Sequence record: OZ346219.1
Direction: 5' to 3' (one strand)
Length of the DNA stretch: 64,000 nucleotides
Source of the DNA: a phage
Position numbers and translations under genes: made by a program. Every line of letters begins with the position of its first letter. Within the stretch, counting starts at the first letter, position 1. Below the pieces are notes generated by a model that was not told the DNA's origin, did not search any database, and saw only the letters and a program-made list of their open reading frames with translations. Positions 27,610 through 36,013 of this stretch are shown in pieces.

Positions 27610-27902
27610 TAATTAATCTCCAAAAATCCAGCAAGACCTAAACCGATATAAGTCCAGATACAAAGGAAAAAGAAGCAAACACCCATAGCAAAGATAAATC
27701 CGCGTAGTGTCTTTGGATAACCTACCCAATATTCCCGACCATCTTCTAACCGGATCAACTTATTGCCTTGCGAGTCCATATCAACTACAACATGTTTATT
27801 TCGAGATTGCAATAGATATTGTTTTACAATCTCTACACCCGACATAATAACAATAACGAAAATAAAAATCCACACAACAAGATTAATGATAGTCTCAAGC
27901 AT
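27609..27902 (-). CDS. Hypothetical membrane protein (two hydrophobic segments)
   Basis: 97-aa ORF. Confidence 0.45.
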   Translation of the reverse strand: MLETIINLVVWIFIFVIVIMSGVEIVKQYLLQSRNKHVVVDMDSQGNKLIRLEDGREYWVGYPKTLRGFIFAMGVCFFFLCIWTYIGLGLAGFLEIN

Positions 27903-28137
27903 TTTCTATCACCTCCACCCAATCAGGCGTTTCCTGAAAGACTCCTTCGCCTTCATGATGGTCGCAACCTTTATTGCTGCAATACATCCACCAATCCCAC
28001 ATTCCCCACGGTAAACGCTGCATATCGTCGTTACAGCAAGTGAAGATGATAGGCCAACCACATCTAACACATCGGCAGTTTTCTTTCATGTGAGCGGTAT
28101 TAGGCTTCTTCATAGATGACTCCAATATAATCGACAT
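27895..28137 (-). CDS. Cys/Trp-rich small protein
   Basis: 80-aa ORF with CRCVRCGW...CC...CSNKGCDHHEG. Confidence 0.4.
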   Translation of the reverse strand: MSIILESSMKKPNTAHMKENCRCVRCGWPIIFTCCNDDMQRLPWGMWDWWMYCSNKGCDHHEGEGVFQETPDWVEVIENA

Positions 28138-28340
28138 TTACATTTAGGGCAATGCGGTTCTTTAATATAATACCCGTCTGTCTTTGGAACACTAACAGGA
28201 GCGGTTTTTATATTGTATTCGGTGAAACAACGAAAACAAGTTACGTTTTCTACAGACTGACGTTTCACCCAATCACCGGAATATAGATCATTTTTATTTG
28301 TCATATTCAACCACCACAATGTTAATGTCTGGAGTAGCAA
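28110..28340 (-). CDS. Zinc-ribbon-like small protein
   Basis: CFRCF...CPKCKC pattern. Confidence 0.4.
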   Translation of the reverse strand: MLLQTLTLWWLNMTNKNDLYSGDWVKRQSVENVTCFRCFTEYNIKTAPVSVPKTDGYYIKEPHCPKCKCRLYWSHL

Positions 28341-28749
28341 TATTAATGATCTCTTCTACACATTCCCACTCAAGGCCACCGATACCGCAACCGATTTTAG
28401 GAATATAGAAAGGCTGTATAGCACCCTCAAAAACATCATTGAGAGACTCAAATCCTTTCAGGATAGCACCATATTCAGCATTTGGACCCGGTCGGAATTG
28501 GGTATAGAGATTCACCCCGCACCAGTTATAACCATTAACTTGATGCGTCCAGACACTAAACCCACCCAGCTTTTCGACCTTACCGCGAGAAGTTTGCTTG
28601 TCAATCTCTAACGCTTGCGGGAACTCTTTCGCGATCTTCGCAGCAATACCAGCACCCATAGTATGAAAACAATTACAACCATGAATTAAATGACCGTTTC
28701 CTTGTTTAAACAGGGCGATGAGATCGCCCTTTACAGTATCAATAATCAT
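28294..28749 (-). CDS. Macrodomain protein, TARG1/OARD1/DarG-like (ADP-ribose processing)
   Basis: VKGDLIALFKQGNGHLIHGCNCFHTMGAGIAAKI and IPKIGCGIGGLEW parallel TARG1 VKGDLFA...HCISEDCRMGAGIA and PRIGCGLDRLQW as recalled. Confidence 0.65.
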   Translation of the reverse strand: MIIDTVKGDLIALFKQGNGHLIHGCNCFHTMGAGIAAKIAKEFPQALEIDKQTSRGKVEKLGGFSVWTHQVNGYNWCGVNLYTQFRPGPNAEYGAILKGFESLNDVFEGAIQPFYIPKIGCGIGGLEWECVEEIINIATPDINIVVVEYDK

Positions 28750-28764
28750 AATATAAACCTCTCA

Positions 28765-29124
28765 TTAGTCACGGGAAGACAACCCAGCCATAAAACGGCT
28801 TAACAGTGTGTCGCGATAAGCAAAGCATAATTGCTTATCAGGGGCAGTATCACACAGGTTACGTTTTGTTTTAGCAAAGCTGGCAATACTCAGATCCCAC
28901 GCTCGATTTTTTCGTTTTTCGTCTCGACCTTGTTTGTATGCTTCATCAAGTTCGAGCGCGATAAAATCACTACACATGTTATCATCATCACAGAAAGTTT
29001 TAATGATCTTTTTGTTGATCTCAAATCCTTTGTATTCAAACTTTGGATAAGGGCGCTCATTACTAGCAAGCGCACCAGCAGAGAACATCATAGCAATCAT
29101 AGCAATTATTGTCAACTTTTTCAT
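28765..29124 (-). CDS. Secreted/periplasmic hypothetical protein
   Basis: Signal peptide MKKLTIIAMIAMMFSAGALA; 4 Cys in mature part. Confidence 0.5.
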   Translation of the reverse strand: MKKLTIIAMIAMMFSAGALASNERPYPKFEYKGFEINKKIIKTFCDDDNMCSDFIALELDEAYKQGRDEKRKNRAWDLSIASFAKTKRNLCDTAPDKQLCFAYRDTLLSRFMAGLSSRD

Positions 29125-29131
29125 ATATTCC

Positions 29132-29722
29132 TCAATAGCGTTTAGTCTTAAGAATGCCTTTACTCTTTAGATGGTTAGCCTTTTTTAGTACGTCATCAGC
29201 ATAACCTAATCCGGCTTTATAGTTCCATCCAGCATTGTAAGAAGCTAGCGCGAGTCGGATATTACCGTTTCGAACATCCAGCCAGTATGCTAACTCATCC
29301 ATCGCGTAGAATGCAGAAACCTCGCGATTCATGATAAAGTTGATAGTCTGGCGATCACTCATTTTAACACCGCGCTTTGCATTTTTCGCTTTCACCGTTT
29401 TAAGGTAATTTTGAAATAATCCATAAGCATGATGATTTTTCTTTGGTGCTAAGTTTGCACCCGCGCTTGATTCTTGCCATGCGATACCCGCCAGGATGTG
29501 ACCTAAACCCTTTCCGTTATAGCGAATATTCGGATGGTCCTTTTTCAACTTACCGCTTTTCTCGAATTGTTCGCCGTATTGATAGGCGAAATGTAAATTA
29601 TCTAGTTGGTGTGCTGTAAAGTTGTCTATCGGCGCTTTTTTGATCGGTGCGCTAGTCGATGCGTGTGTAGCACCAACGGCTAGTGACAGACTCAATACTA
29701 TCGCTTTTAGAACTTTTAACAT
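29132..29722 (-). CDS. Secreted lytic transglycosylase-like protein (SLT domain)
   Basis: Signal peptide; AWQESSAG (catalytic E-S), GLFQ and YNAG motifs typical of family-1 lytic transglycosylases. Confidence 0.6.
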   Translation of the reverse strand: MLKVLKAIVLSLSLAVGATHASTSAPIKKAPIDNFTAHQLDNLHFAYQYGEQFEKSGKLKKDHPNIRYNGKGLGHILAGIAWQESSAGANLAPKKNHHAYGLFQNYLKTVKAKNAKRGVKMSDRQTINFIMNREVSAFYAMDELAYWLDVRNGNIRLALASYNAGWNYKAGLGYADDVLKKANHLKSKGILKTKRY

Positions 29723-29807
29723 TAATTTCTCCTGTTTGGCTTAACTTTCTGATTCCATAATATAGCCATATCACCAGAAAGTCAAGCATTATTTTAACCA
29801 ATCTCCA

Positions 29808-30230
29808 TTATTGGTCTACCTTCAAAACAACAGCCGACATTTTACCCGCCAGTCGTTTTGGATTCTCTATAATCATTCGGCAGCATAGACCGTGATATGG
29901 CTTACCCTCTTCGATTAGATCTACTGTCATCCCGATCCACATGTTACCGTCAGTAATTTCTAATCGATTCGGTCGGTCTTCCATTTTCAGGAAGTCGAAG
30001 ATCTCCGGCAAACGAGTTTCTATCTTATTGAATAGTTCCATTGTCTTATGTTCATCGATATGACGATCGGTTAGACGGTCGATCATATGCGGACTAAAGC
30101 GAATGAAAATATACTCACCATAACCATCATTCAAGCACTTTTCTTTGATCTTCGCATTGGTTTTGCGCATTTCGGTTTCGAAGAATCTACGCAGCTTACT
30201 ACGGCGAACATGTACGTTAATTGTTTCCAT
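29808..30230 (-). CDS. regB: RegB endoribonuclease
   Basis: METINVHVRRSKLRRFFETE...RLEITDGNMWIGMTV...CRMIIENPKRLAGK parallels T4 RegB. Confidence 0.8.
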   Translation of the reverse strand: METINVHVRRSKLRRFFETEMRKTNAKIKEKCLNDGYGEYIFIRFSPHMIDRLTDRHIDEHKTMELFNKIETRLPEIFDFLKMEDRPNRLEITDGNMWIGMTVDLIEEGKPYHGLCCRMIIENPKRLAGKMSAVVLKVDQ

Positions 30231-30234
30231 TTTA

Positions 30235-30569
30235 TTATCCTTTCTTAAACAAATTGCGAATCCAGTATACAAACGGGATTTCTTTAAACTTGAATTTCTC
30301 TATAGTTAATTCTTTAGTAGCAAGATGAATACCATAAGCATCATGTGTCACGATATGCCATTTTCTATAGTCCAAATGTGAACAACCGTCTGGATCTAGG
30401 TTAATAAGAGTTTCTCGCTCACTAGGATTATTTTTCCACAATTTTGTAATAGGATCGCACATAATTCGACCTAGCGTACCATGAATAATCTCACAACGGT
30501 AAAGTTTTCCAGCAGTGAGATAGGCGCACCCGTCATAGTCGGTATAAACAAACACTTCTTTAACACTCA
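30235..30569 (-). CDS. DGC(A/S)HL-family small protein (paralogue 1)
   Basis: MSVKEVFVYTDYDGCAYL...DPDGCSHLDYRKW; early promoter upstream. Confidence 0.5.
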
Positions 30570-30598
30570 TTTTAATACTCCTTTGTTTCGATGGGGGT

Positions 30599-30627
30599 AT
30601 ATTACTACCCCCGTTTTGTTGTGTCAA
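30599..30627 (-). promoter_or_regulatory. Sigma70-like early promoter with palindrome over -10
   Basis: rc: TTGACA-17-TAATAT; GGGGGTAGTAATATACCCCC. Confidence 0.5.
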
Positions 30628-30888
30628 CTACTTTTTCAAGATTTTTTTAATTGCGTTCCAAAGACCTTTATTCTCAGGTTGTTTTGGTTCTTCGATCAGT
30701 GTCCAGGTTCGACCGTCTAAGTGTGCGCAATTTTTAAGACAAATAAAAATCTGGTGTCCTTTATCATCACGGATATAACCACTATTCGCAAATCTTTCAT
30801 GTGGTGTATATTCATACAGTGTATTTGGTGTAATATACTTGCGGTTACTATAAGGTGTCATCACATACATCATGGTACTAACTCCCAA
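30628..30888 (-). CDS. DGC(A/S)HL-family small protein (paralogue 2)
   Basis: ...CLKNCAHLDGRTWTLI. Confidence 0.45.
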   Translation of the reverse strand: MGVSTMMYVMTPYSNRKYITPNTLYEYTPHERFANSGYIRDDKGHQIFICLKNCAHLDGRTWTLIEEPKQPENKGLWNAIKKILKK

Positions 30889-31064
30889 CGATCACCGCGA
30901 AGATGAGAACATCCACCATCAAGAAGGATCGTAATACGATAACCTATATCATCTTTGATGTAACCGATTGTCGGTGGATTTTCGTAGTCTCGTGTCGGGG
31001 TAAAATCATACATCTTTCCTGGCGTAATATCTTGTCCTTTATTGCTATTGGTATAAACTTTCAT
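30870..31064 (-). CDS. DGC(A/S)HL-family small protein (paralogue 3)
   Basis: ...LLDGGCSHLRGDRWELV. Confidence 0.45.
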   Translation of the reverse strand: MKVYTNSNKGQDITPGKMYDFTPTRDYENPPTIGYIKDDIGYRITILLDGGCSHLRGDRWELVP

Positions 31065-31085
31065 TTTCTTAATCTCCTATATTAA

Positions 31086-31532
31086 CTAACCACGGGTATA
31101 GTGTTCCAGAACAACGGTCAGATGAATATATTCTAATAAATCTTTCCAAAAGTCAACATCTGGTTCTTCCGGCATACCGTTTTTCTTTGCCTCTTCACGA
31201 GCGAGTTTAACCCGCTCGTAGAGATCTTTCAATTCTTCCCGCACATTATCAAAGGTTCTTTCTCCTAACTTACACGCTAAAATAGAAGAACGTCGCGCGA
31301 GCGGGAATTGTAGATCACCTGTCTGATAGATTTCAAGTAGCTGATAACCAACACGCAGAGCATGAGAAAGATCTTTCCAGTTACTGAAATACTTTTCAGA
31401 TTTGGCTACCTGCTTTTTGAGATAGCCAGACAAACCCCACATACCAACATGATAGAATTTATCTCGATGTGTTCGGATGTATTCCCATTCTCTGGAGGAT
31501 TCAATCAACATGTTACTAGGAGCGTGCACCAT
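31086..31532 (-). CDS. Hypothetical protein
   Basis: 148-aa ORF, start uncertain (overlaps HNH gene end). Confidence 0.4.
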   Translation of the reverse strand: MVHAPSNMLIESSREWEYIRTHRDKFYHVGMWGLSGYLKKQVAKSEKYFSNWKDLSHALRVGYQLLEIYQTGDLQFPLARRSSILACKLGERTFDNVREELKDLYERVKLAREEAKKNGMPEEPDVDFWKDLLEYIHLTVVLEHYTRG

Positions 31533-31963
31533 GTCAATTTAGCCATGTGATGCATTTCACCCCAACATTTATTAAGACCTGTCTCTTTAGCATGAATGAG
31601 ATTTTCAGATTTGCTAGTCCATTCCAAATTATACAGGTCAAAATTTCTTTTGTTTCCATCCTTATGATTCACTTCCGGCAAATTATAAGGATTCGGTATA
31701 AACGCAACAGCAAGAACTCTATGCATATTTAAAGTTTGCTTTATTCCTAACGGTCGGTTACGAACAGTAAACTTTGCATAGTTGTTAGTCTCAGGAATCC
31801 ATATAGAAATAAGATTACCGCTTTTCTTATTCCTGATTTTACCATAAGAACTAACTTCAAACAAGTCTATCGGGTGAAAATAATCAATAACTTTCCACTC
31901 TTCATCATGGTCATCACAATATCGTTTCACATCATACCCTCTTCTATAAAAACTTAAAAACAT
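31505..31963 (-). CDS. HNH homing endonuclease-like protein
   Basis: EVNHKDGNKRNFDLYNLEW...HHMAKLT HNH signature; start uncertain (track start is TTG). Confidence 0.65.
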   Translation of the reverse strand: MFLSFYRRGYDVKRYCDDHDEEWKVIDYFHPIDLFEVSSYGKIRNKKSGNLISIWIPETNNYAKFTVRNRPLGIKQTLNMHRVLAVAFIPNPYNLPEVNHKDGNKRNFDLYNLEWTSKSENLIHAKETGLNKCWGEMHHMAKLTWCTLLVTC

Positions 31964-31977
31964 AATATCAGATTTTA

Positions 31978-32005
31978 TAGAAAAGGGCAACCCCTAAAGG
32001 TTGCC
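31978..32005 (-). terminator. Rho-independent terminator downstream of endolysin
   Basis: GGCAACCUUUAGGGGUUGCC hairpin + CUUUUCU. Confidence 0.5.
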
Positions 32006-32012
32006 ACATAGT

Positions 32013-32402
32013 TTATTTTGGATCTTGGTATTTGCTGTGTGGTAGCTGAAAATGAACACCGTCTTTAAACGATACCCAATCCCCACCCCATTCAACAGGA
32101 ACACCCAATTCTCGACCAGCTTGTTTAAATGCATCAGCGATCATGCGGTAGTATTTCATGTTCCATGTATCCTTATCTTTCGGATACGCCACAACGTCAA
32201 CCGCGAAACCGTGAAGATGACGAGATTTCATAGTCTTAGATTTACCTTCCGCAACATATTTCTTTTGCGTTTCTAGACTACGCACACCTTCCGTAATACC
32301 AAAATCGACCGGAGTCAGTTCTAATGCACGATGAACGACTTTTACCAGGTCTGGATGTACACCAACAAGCCGATCTTTGCTTCTTTGAGATAATTTAAAC
32401 AT
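32013..32402 (-). CDS. Endolysin, peptidase M15 family (L-alanyl-D-glutamate peptidase type)
   Basis: SRHLHGFAVDV and DGVHFQL zinc-binding motifs; 129 aa. Confidence 0.7.
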   Translation of the reverse strand: MFKLSQRSKDRLVGVHPDLVKVVHRALELTPVDFGITEGVRSLETQKKYVAEGKSKTMKSRHLHGFAVDVVAYPKDKDTWNMKYYRMIADAFKQAGRELGVPVEWGGDWVSFKDGVHFQLPHSKYQDPK

Positions 32403-32430
32403 TATTCACCCCCTTTGTGAGTGATAATAT

Positions 32431-32622
32431 TTAGATTCCGGCGATCCTGCATAGAGTTCTTGTATTAGCACCAATAAGGATAGCATTAACGACAACCATT
32501 CCCCAATCAACCCACTGATTATTATAAATGCTAAACCCGTTTGCAAGACCAAATACAAGCATTCCGGTACACATACTCAGAGCAATAATCAACATCACGG
32601 TAAAACCAAATGCAAATCTCAT
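32431..32622 (-). CDS. Small hydrophobic membrane protein
   Basis: 63 aa, two predicted TM helices. Confidence 0.4.
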   Translation of the reverse strand: MRFAFGFTVMLIIALSMCTGMLVFGLANGFSIYNNQWVDWGMVVVNAILIGANTRTLCRIAGI

Positions 32623-32623
32623 A

Positions 32624-32890
32624 TTATTTTCCTTTTCTCTGTTTACGTTTATAAAAGTAATACATTACCTCATCGCGTCCAGTGACCCAACATGCTATGG
32701 CAGTAAACAGGTTTACAATTCCCAACACACCTACGGATGCGGCGCTGTCAACAGACATAGGAACAGTAAAGGCCATAGCTAACATAGCAACACCACAAAT
32801 GACATTAAGCACCATTATAATAAGACCGAAGAAAACCATTGTCAATCCTCCGACACAAGAAAACCAACAATCACGCCAGTGATAATACAT
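32624..32890 (-). CDS. Small hydrophobic membrane protein
   Basis: 88 aa. Confidence 0.4.
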   Translation of the reverse strand: MYYHWRDCWFSCVGGLTMVFFGLIIMVLNVICGVAMLAMAFTVPMSVDSAASVGVLGIVNLFTAIACWVTGRDEVMYYFYKRKQRKGK

Positions 32891-33033
32891 GATGCGCCGC
32901 TAATAAGACAACCCGCGCCAAGTGATTCCCACCAGATCAGAGAAGCGACAATAACACAGAATCCCCAGACTACCGCAATCACAACATAGGCAAGGGTCGC
33001 CCAAAACATATATTTGTTCATAATAAATCCCAT
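32842..33033 (-). CDS. Small hydrophobic membrane protein
   Basis: 63 aa. Confidence 0.35.
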   Translation of the reverse strand: MGFIMNKYMFWATLAYVVIAVVWGFCVIVASLIWWESLGAGCLISGASCIITGVIVGFLVSED

Positions 33034-33206
33034 TCACCAAACAAATAAGAAAAAAGCCATATCAACAGAAACGAGGCAATTGATCCGGCAAGCAAAATGA
33101 TATTAGAGAATCCGCCGTCTATCCAGGCGACAAAACAGAATACGCCAGTATAGAAGCATAAACCCAGTACAAAGCATACTATAAGCAACCATAGACAAAA
33201 CGCCAT
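33018..33206 (-). CDS. Small hydrophobic membrane protein
   Basis: 62 aa. Confidence 0.35.
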   Translation of the reverse strand: MAFCLWLLIVCFVLGLCFYTGVFCFVAWIDGGFSNIILLAGSIASFLLIWLFSYLFGEWDLL

Positions 33207-33267
33207 AGAAAGCCCTCCAGTGAGCTAATTTAGTGCGGGTAGTACATTACCCTACCCGTATTGTTAA

Positions 33268-33426
33268 TCAACGCAGAGCTTCTTCTAGCGCGATCCCAAA
33301 CCATCCACAAACAACGCCCATACAGACAGCTACAAGAAGATTCATTCTCTCTTTAGGGATCATTGCAATCATAACAACAACCATACAGAAAGCCATTACC
33401 ATTGAAGTTAACATTTGTTCAACCAT
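33268..33426 (-). CDS. Micro-protein (52 aa), hydrophobic
   Basis: Hand-translated MVEQMLTSMVMAFCMVVVMIAMIPKERMNLLVAVCMGVVCGWFGIALEEALR; not in track. Confidence 0.3.
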   Translation of the reverse strand: MVEQMLTSMVMAFCMVVVMIAMIPKERMNLLVAVCMGVVCGWFGIALEEALR

Positions 33427-33428
33427 TA

Positions 33429-33767
33429 TCACACCTTTAAAGTCATAGACGCATAAACATTAATGCCAGGCCAGTTAGGATCGCAATTATACTCAACATC
33501 CCACAAATAAAGCGGTTTAGATGTATCAGCCAAGTTTTTAAAATCTTCCACCCACATTTCAAGGCTATATGATGGATAAACTAGGCTATCATATCCGCCG
33601 TAACGTTGGCCTACTGGTCGGTCAGTAAAAACTACCTCAAGATCCGGTAATTCTTTTTCAAGGATAACCGCCAGCGCATAAATCAGACGGTCTTCCTTGT
33701 TACGCTGCCGAAGGACCGTTGTCAGTTGGTTTTTCTGGTTCACTAGCAAGCACCTCCACATTTTCAC
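33429..33767 (-). CDS. Hypothetical protein (overlaps upstream ORF; start unclear)
   Basis: 112-aa ORF. Confidence 0.35.
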   Translation of the reverse strand: MKMWRCLLVNQKNQLTTVLRQRNKEDRLIYALAVILEKELPDLEVVFTDRPVGQRYGGYDSLVYPSYSLEMWVEDFKNLADTSKPLYLWDVEYNCDPNWPGINVYASMTLKV

Positions 33768-34020
33768 AGAATGAAATTTTCACAGACACAATTTTACCAT
33801 AAGTGAAGAATGAATATACATTATCGAGATATTCAACGTCGCCTACAATCACATCAAACTGCGGATCAGCAACCGCCGCAACATATTCTACCAGTTCATC
33901 AAGAGAATGCAACTTAATTTCATCAATTCGGCTGTATTTGGTTGCATCTTTAATTTTAAAACCACGTTCTTTCAGTTTGTCAATCAGAATTTCACGCGGA
34001 GTTTCAAACAGTTTGCTCAT
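33700..34020 (-). CDS. Hypothetical protein
   Basis: MSKLFETPREIL... after GAGGATTATATT. Confidence 0.45.
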   Translation of the reverse strand: MSKLFETPREILIDKLKERGFKIKDATKYSRIDEIKLHSLDELVEYVAAVADPQFDVIVGDVEYLDNVYSFFTYGKIVSVKISFCENVEVLASEPEKPTDNGPSAA

Positions 34021-34041
34021 AATATAATCCTCACATTAAAT

Positions 34042-34242
34042 CTAAAATTTGTTAACGACGAATTGCATAATTAGACTAATCACAAACATTGCAAACCAAG
34101 TATAAATGCAACAGATAAAAGCTACATACAATTCAATCTGGTCAGAGAATACACCGGGTAAAAGCATTAGCAAAATAACAACAGTAAAGACGCTAGCGAT
34201 ACCCGCAACAAAACCAATATCATTTTTACTAATCGTCATCAA
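34042..34242 (-). CDS. Small hydrophobic membrane protein
   Basis: 66 aa. Confidence 0.4.
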   Translation of the reverse strand: MMTISKNDIGFVAGIASVFTVVILLMLLPGVFSDQIELYVAFICCIYTWFAMFVISLIMQFVVNKF

Positions 34243-34448
34243 GTCACCGTTTTGTAAAGAAACACAATAAAATCCAAGACAAGAAAGACAGTGTAAATGA
34301 TCATCGTCAAGACAGTAAACACTGTCAAATTTTCATCGTTAGTTAATTCATAGTCGCCCATCCATACAATCACAAGATATAGCATTGAAAGAATGGAAGC
34401 ACCTACGAAGTTAAAAAACATATTCTTGAGCGTCATATTAACAACCAT
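34239..34448 (-). CDS. Small hydrophobic membrane protein
   Basis: 69 aa. Confidence 0.4.
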   Translation of the reverse strand: MVVNMTLKNMFFNFVGASILSMLYLVIVWMGDYELTNDENLTVFTVLTMIIYTVFLVLDFIVFLYKTVT

Positions 34449-34620
34449 CGCGGCTTAAGTCAACAGCAATTGCATACAGCATAATGAATATGCTAGCAGA
34501 TCCGAGAATCAATACACCCTCACATTTTGAAACTCGCTCATCAAAATGTAACATTATCCATCCGAGGATGTTAAAGGCGCAGACCGCGCCTATGTTCGCT
34601 AACCAATTAATCTTTTTCAT
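34438..34620 (-). CDS. Small hydrophobic membrane protein
   Basis: 60 aa. Confidence 0.35.
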   Translation of the reverse strand: MKKINWLANIGAVCAFNILGWIMLHFDERVSKCEGVLILGSASIFIMLYAIAVDLSRDGC

Positions 34621-34628
34621 AATATACC

Positions 34629-34955
34629 TTAGAAAGAAACAGTTTTCAAGAAATCCAGATTTTCAGTGCCGAAAACAGAAAAGTAGTGTTTTCCTTTTTC
34701 GGTTTTAGAGAAAGCGATTGTCTTCTCTACATGGTGACGGAAGCCAGACAGACGATCACCCAGGTCAAGGCGGCAAGCGTAAGTAGTGCCGTTTTCGAAA
34801 GTAACCTCGATTTGAGTTTTGTCATATTCGCTTTCATAGGCTTTTGCTGCCGCGTCCTGTGCTTTACGCTCGAAGTCTTCGAAGTGGAATACTTCGTTTG
34901 CGTTAGCGAATACAGAAGATTCAGAGAAGATAACTTTAACAGATACTGGTTTCAT
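34629..34955 (-). CDS. Hypothetical protein
   Basis: 108-aa ORF after early promoter. Confidence 0.45.
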   Translation of the reverse strand: MKPVSVKVIFSESSVFANANEVFHFEDFERKAQDAAAKAYESEYDKTQIEVTFENGTTYACRLDLGDRLSGFRHHVEKTIAFSKTEKGKHYFSVFGTENLDFLKTVSF

Positions 34956-34997
34956 TTTGATACTCCTTAGTAGTTCGTGTTTCGTTTCGATGGGTGT

Positions 34998-35026
34998 ATT
35001 ATGCTATACACCCTATCGCGTGTCAA
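34998..35026 (-). promoter_or_regulatory. Sigma70-like early promoter
   Basis: rc: TTGACA-17-CATAAT + conserved leader. Confidence 0.5.
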
Positions 35027-35034
35027 CAACTTTT

Positions 35035-35223
35035 TTAGTCTTTTTTCAAAATTTTTAAGGCAGTTTCTACAGCACCTTTCCAACCCTCCCACATAATGGA
35101 CATAGTAATGAAGTTAAAGCACCCGCAGGAATCAACCTTTTTAGAGATAAACCATTCAACAAATCCTTCGCTCATACCATGCTCTTTAGCGGATTCGCGT
35201 AATTGTTCAATTTGGTCTTCCAT
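35035..35223 (-). CDS. Hypothetical protein
   Basis: 62-aa ORF. Confidence 0.35.
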   Translation of the reverse strand: MEDQIEQLRESAKEHGMSEGFVEWFISKKVDSCGCFNFITMSIMWEGWKGAVETALKILKKD

Positions 35224-35232
35224 AGTATCACC

Positions 35233-35433
35233 TCAACACTTAACATTATTCAAACGATTTTGAAAGTACATATAGCAAGCATAATTTTGTTTTGGCTGTA
35301 CCGTATCAGATAGACACGCTTTTGCAGCCTCGCGGTCCGATGGATCTACACCCTCAGCTTTAAGTAATGCTAAAATCTGGTTATAGCGTACTCTTAGCTG
35401 TACTAATGGTTTCTCTCCCATAAAACCCTCCAA
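35233..35433 (-). CDS. Hypothetical protein
   Basis: 66-aa ORF. Confidence 0.35.
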   Translation of the reverse strand: MEGFMGEKPLVQLRVRYNQILALLKAEGVDPSDREAAKACLSDTVQPKQNYACYMYFQNRLNNVKC

Positions 35434-35661
35434 TTAAAGTTGTTCTGCAATGTATGCGGTGCATTTGCGGAGTTTAGCCATAGCACCACCTTTCATGTCG
35501 CTTGCACCTACAAGGTTCATGATCTCTAAGCGATCAGCCGGATTCAGTCTAGTAGCCCAGATCTGGTTAGCCAGTTCCATTTTACCCATCTGCGGTTCCA
35601 TCTCAAACAGTTCGCGCTCAAAGTCGATAATTTCTTTTGCTGCGTCTTTAAAGTTAATCAT
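35434..35661 (-). CDS. Hypothetical protein
   Basis: 75-aa ORF. Confidence 0.4.
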   Translation of the reverse strand: MINFKDAAKEIIDFERELFEMEPQMGKMELANQIWATRLNPADRLEIMNLVGASDMKGGAMAKLRKCTAYIAEQL

Positions 35662-35690
35662 TTTGATTCTCCCGTTTCGTTGATGGTTGT

Positions 35691-35719
35691 ATTGTAGGGG
35701 AGTTATCCTCCCCTGTCAA
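35691..35719 (-). promoter_or_regulatory. Sigma70-like early promoter with palindromic spacer
   Basis: rc: TTGACA-GGGGAGGATAACTCCCC-TACAAT. Confidence 0.5.
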
Positions 35720-35727
35720 CACTTTTA

Positions 35728-35913
35728 TCAGAAATATGCAATATAGTTTGCCAGTCCTACAGAGTCATCATTCGGCATTGCTTTTACTGCCAGTTCAAAC
35801 CCTGCTTCAACTTTCTGTTTAGCGGATTCTTCGTTATAACCCCAGATTACCAGAATAGCTACTACGTTTTCTTTGCTTACTGCTTTCAGTGCTTTAGTGA
35901 TGCGACGTGCCAT
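35728..35913 (-). CDS. Hypothetical protein
   Basis: 61-aa ORF. Confidence 0.35.
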   Translation of the reverse strand: MARRITKALKAVSKENVVAILVIWGYNEESAKQKVEAGFELAVKAMPNDDSVGLANYIAYF

Positions 35914-35959
35914 AATTTGATTCTCCGTTTAAGAAAGTGTGTTTCGTTTCGATGGGTGT

Positions 35960-35988
35960 ATTATGCTATAGGCCGGATCTGGTGTCAA
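35960..35988 (-). promoter_or_regulatory. Sigma70-like early promoter
   Basis: rc: TTGACA-17-CATAAT. Confidence 0.5.
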
Positions 35989-36013
35989 CAACTTTTTTAA
36001 AAAAATTTTAGGC

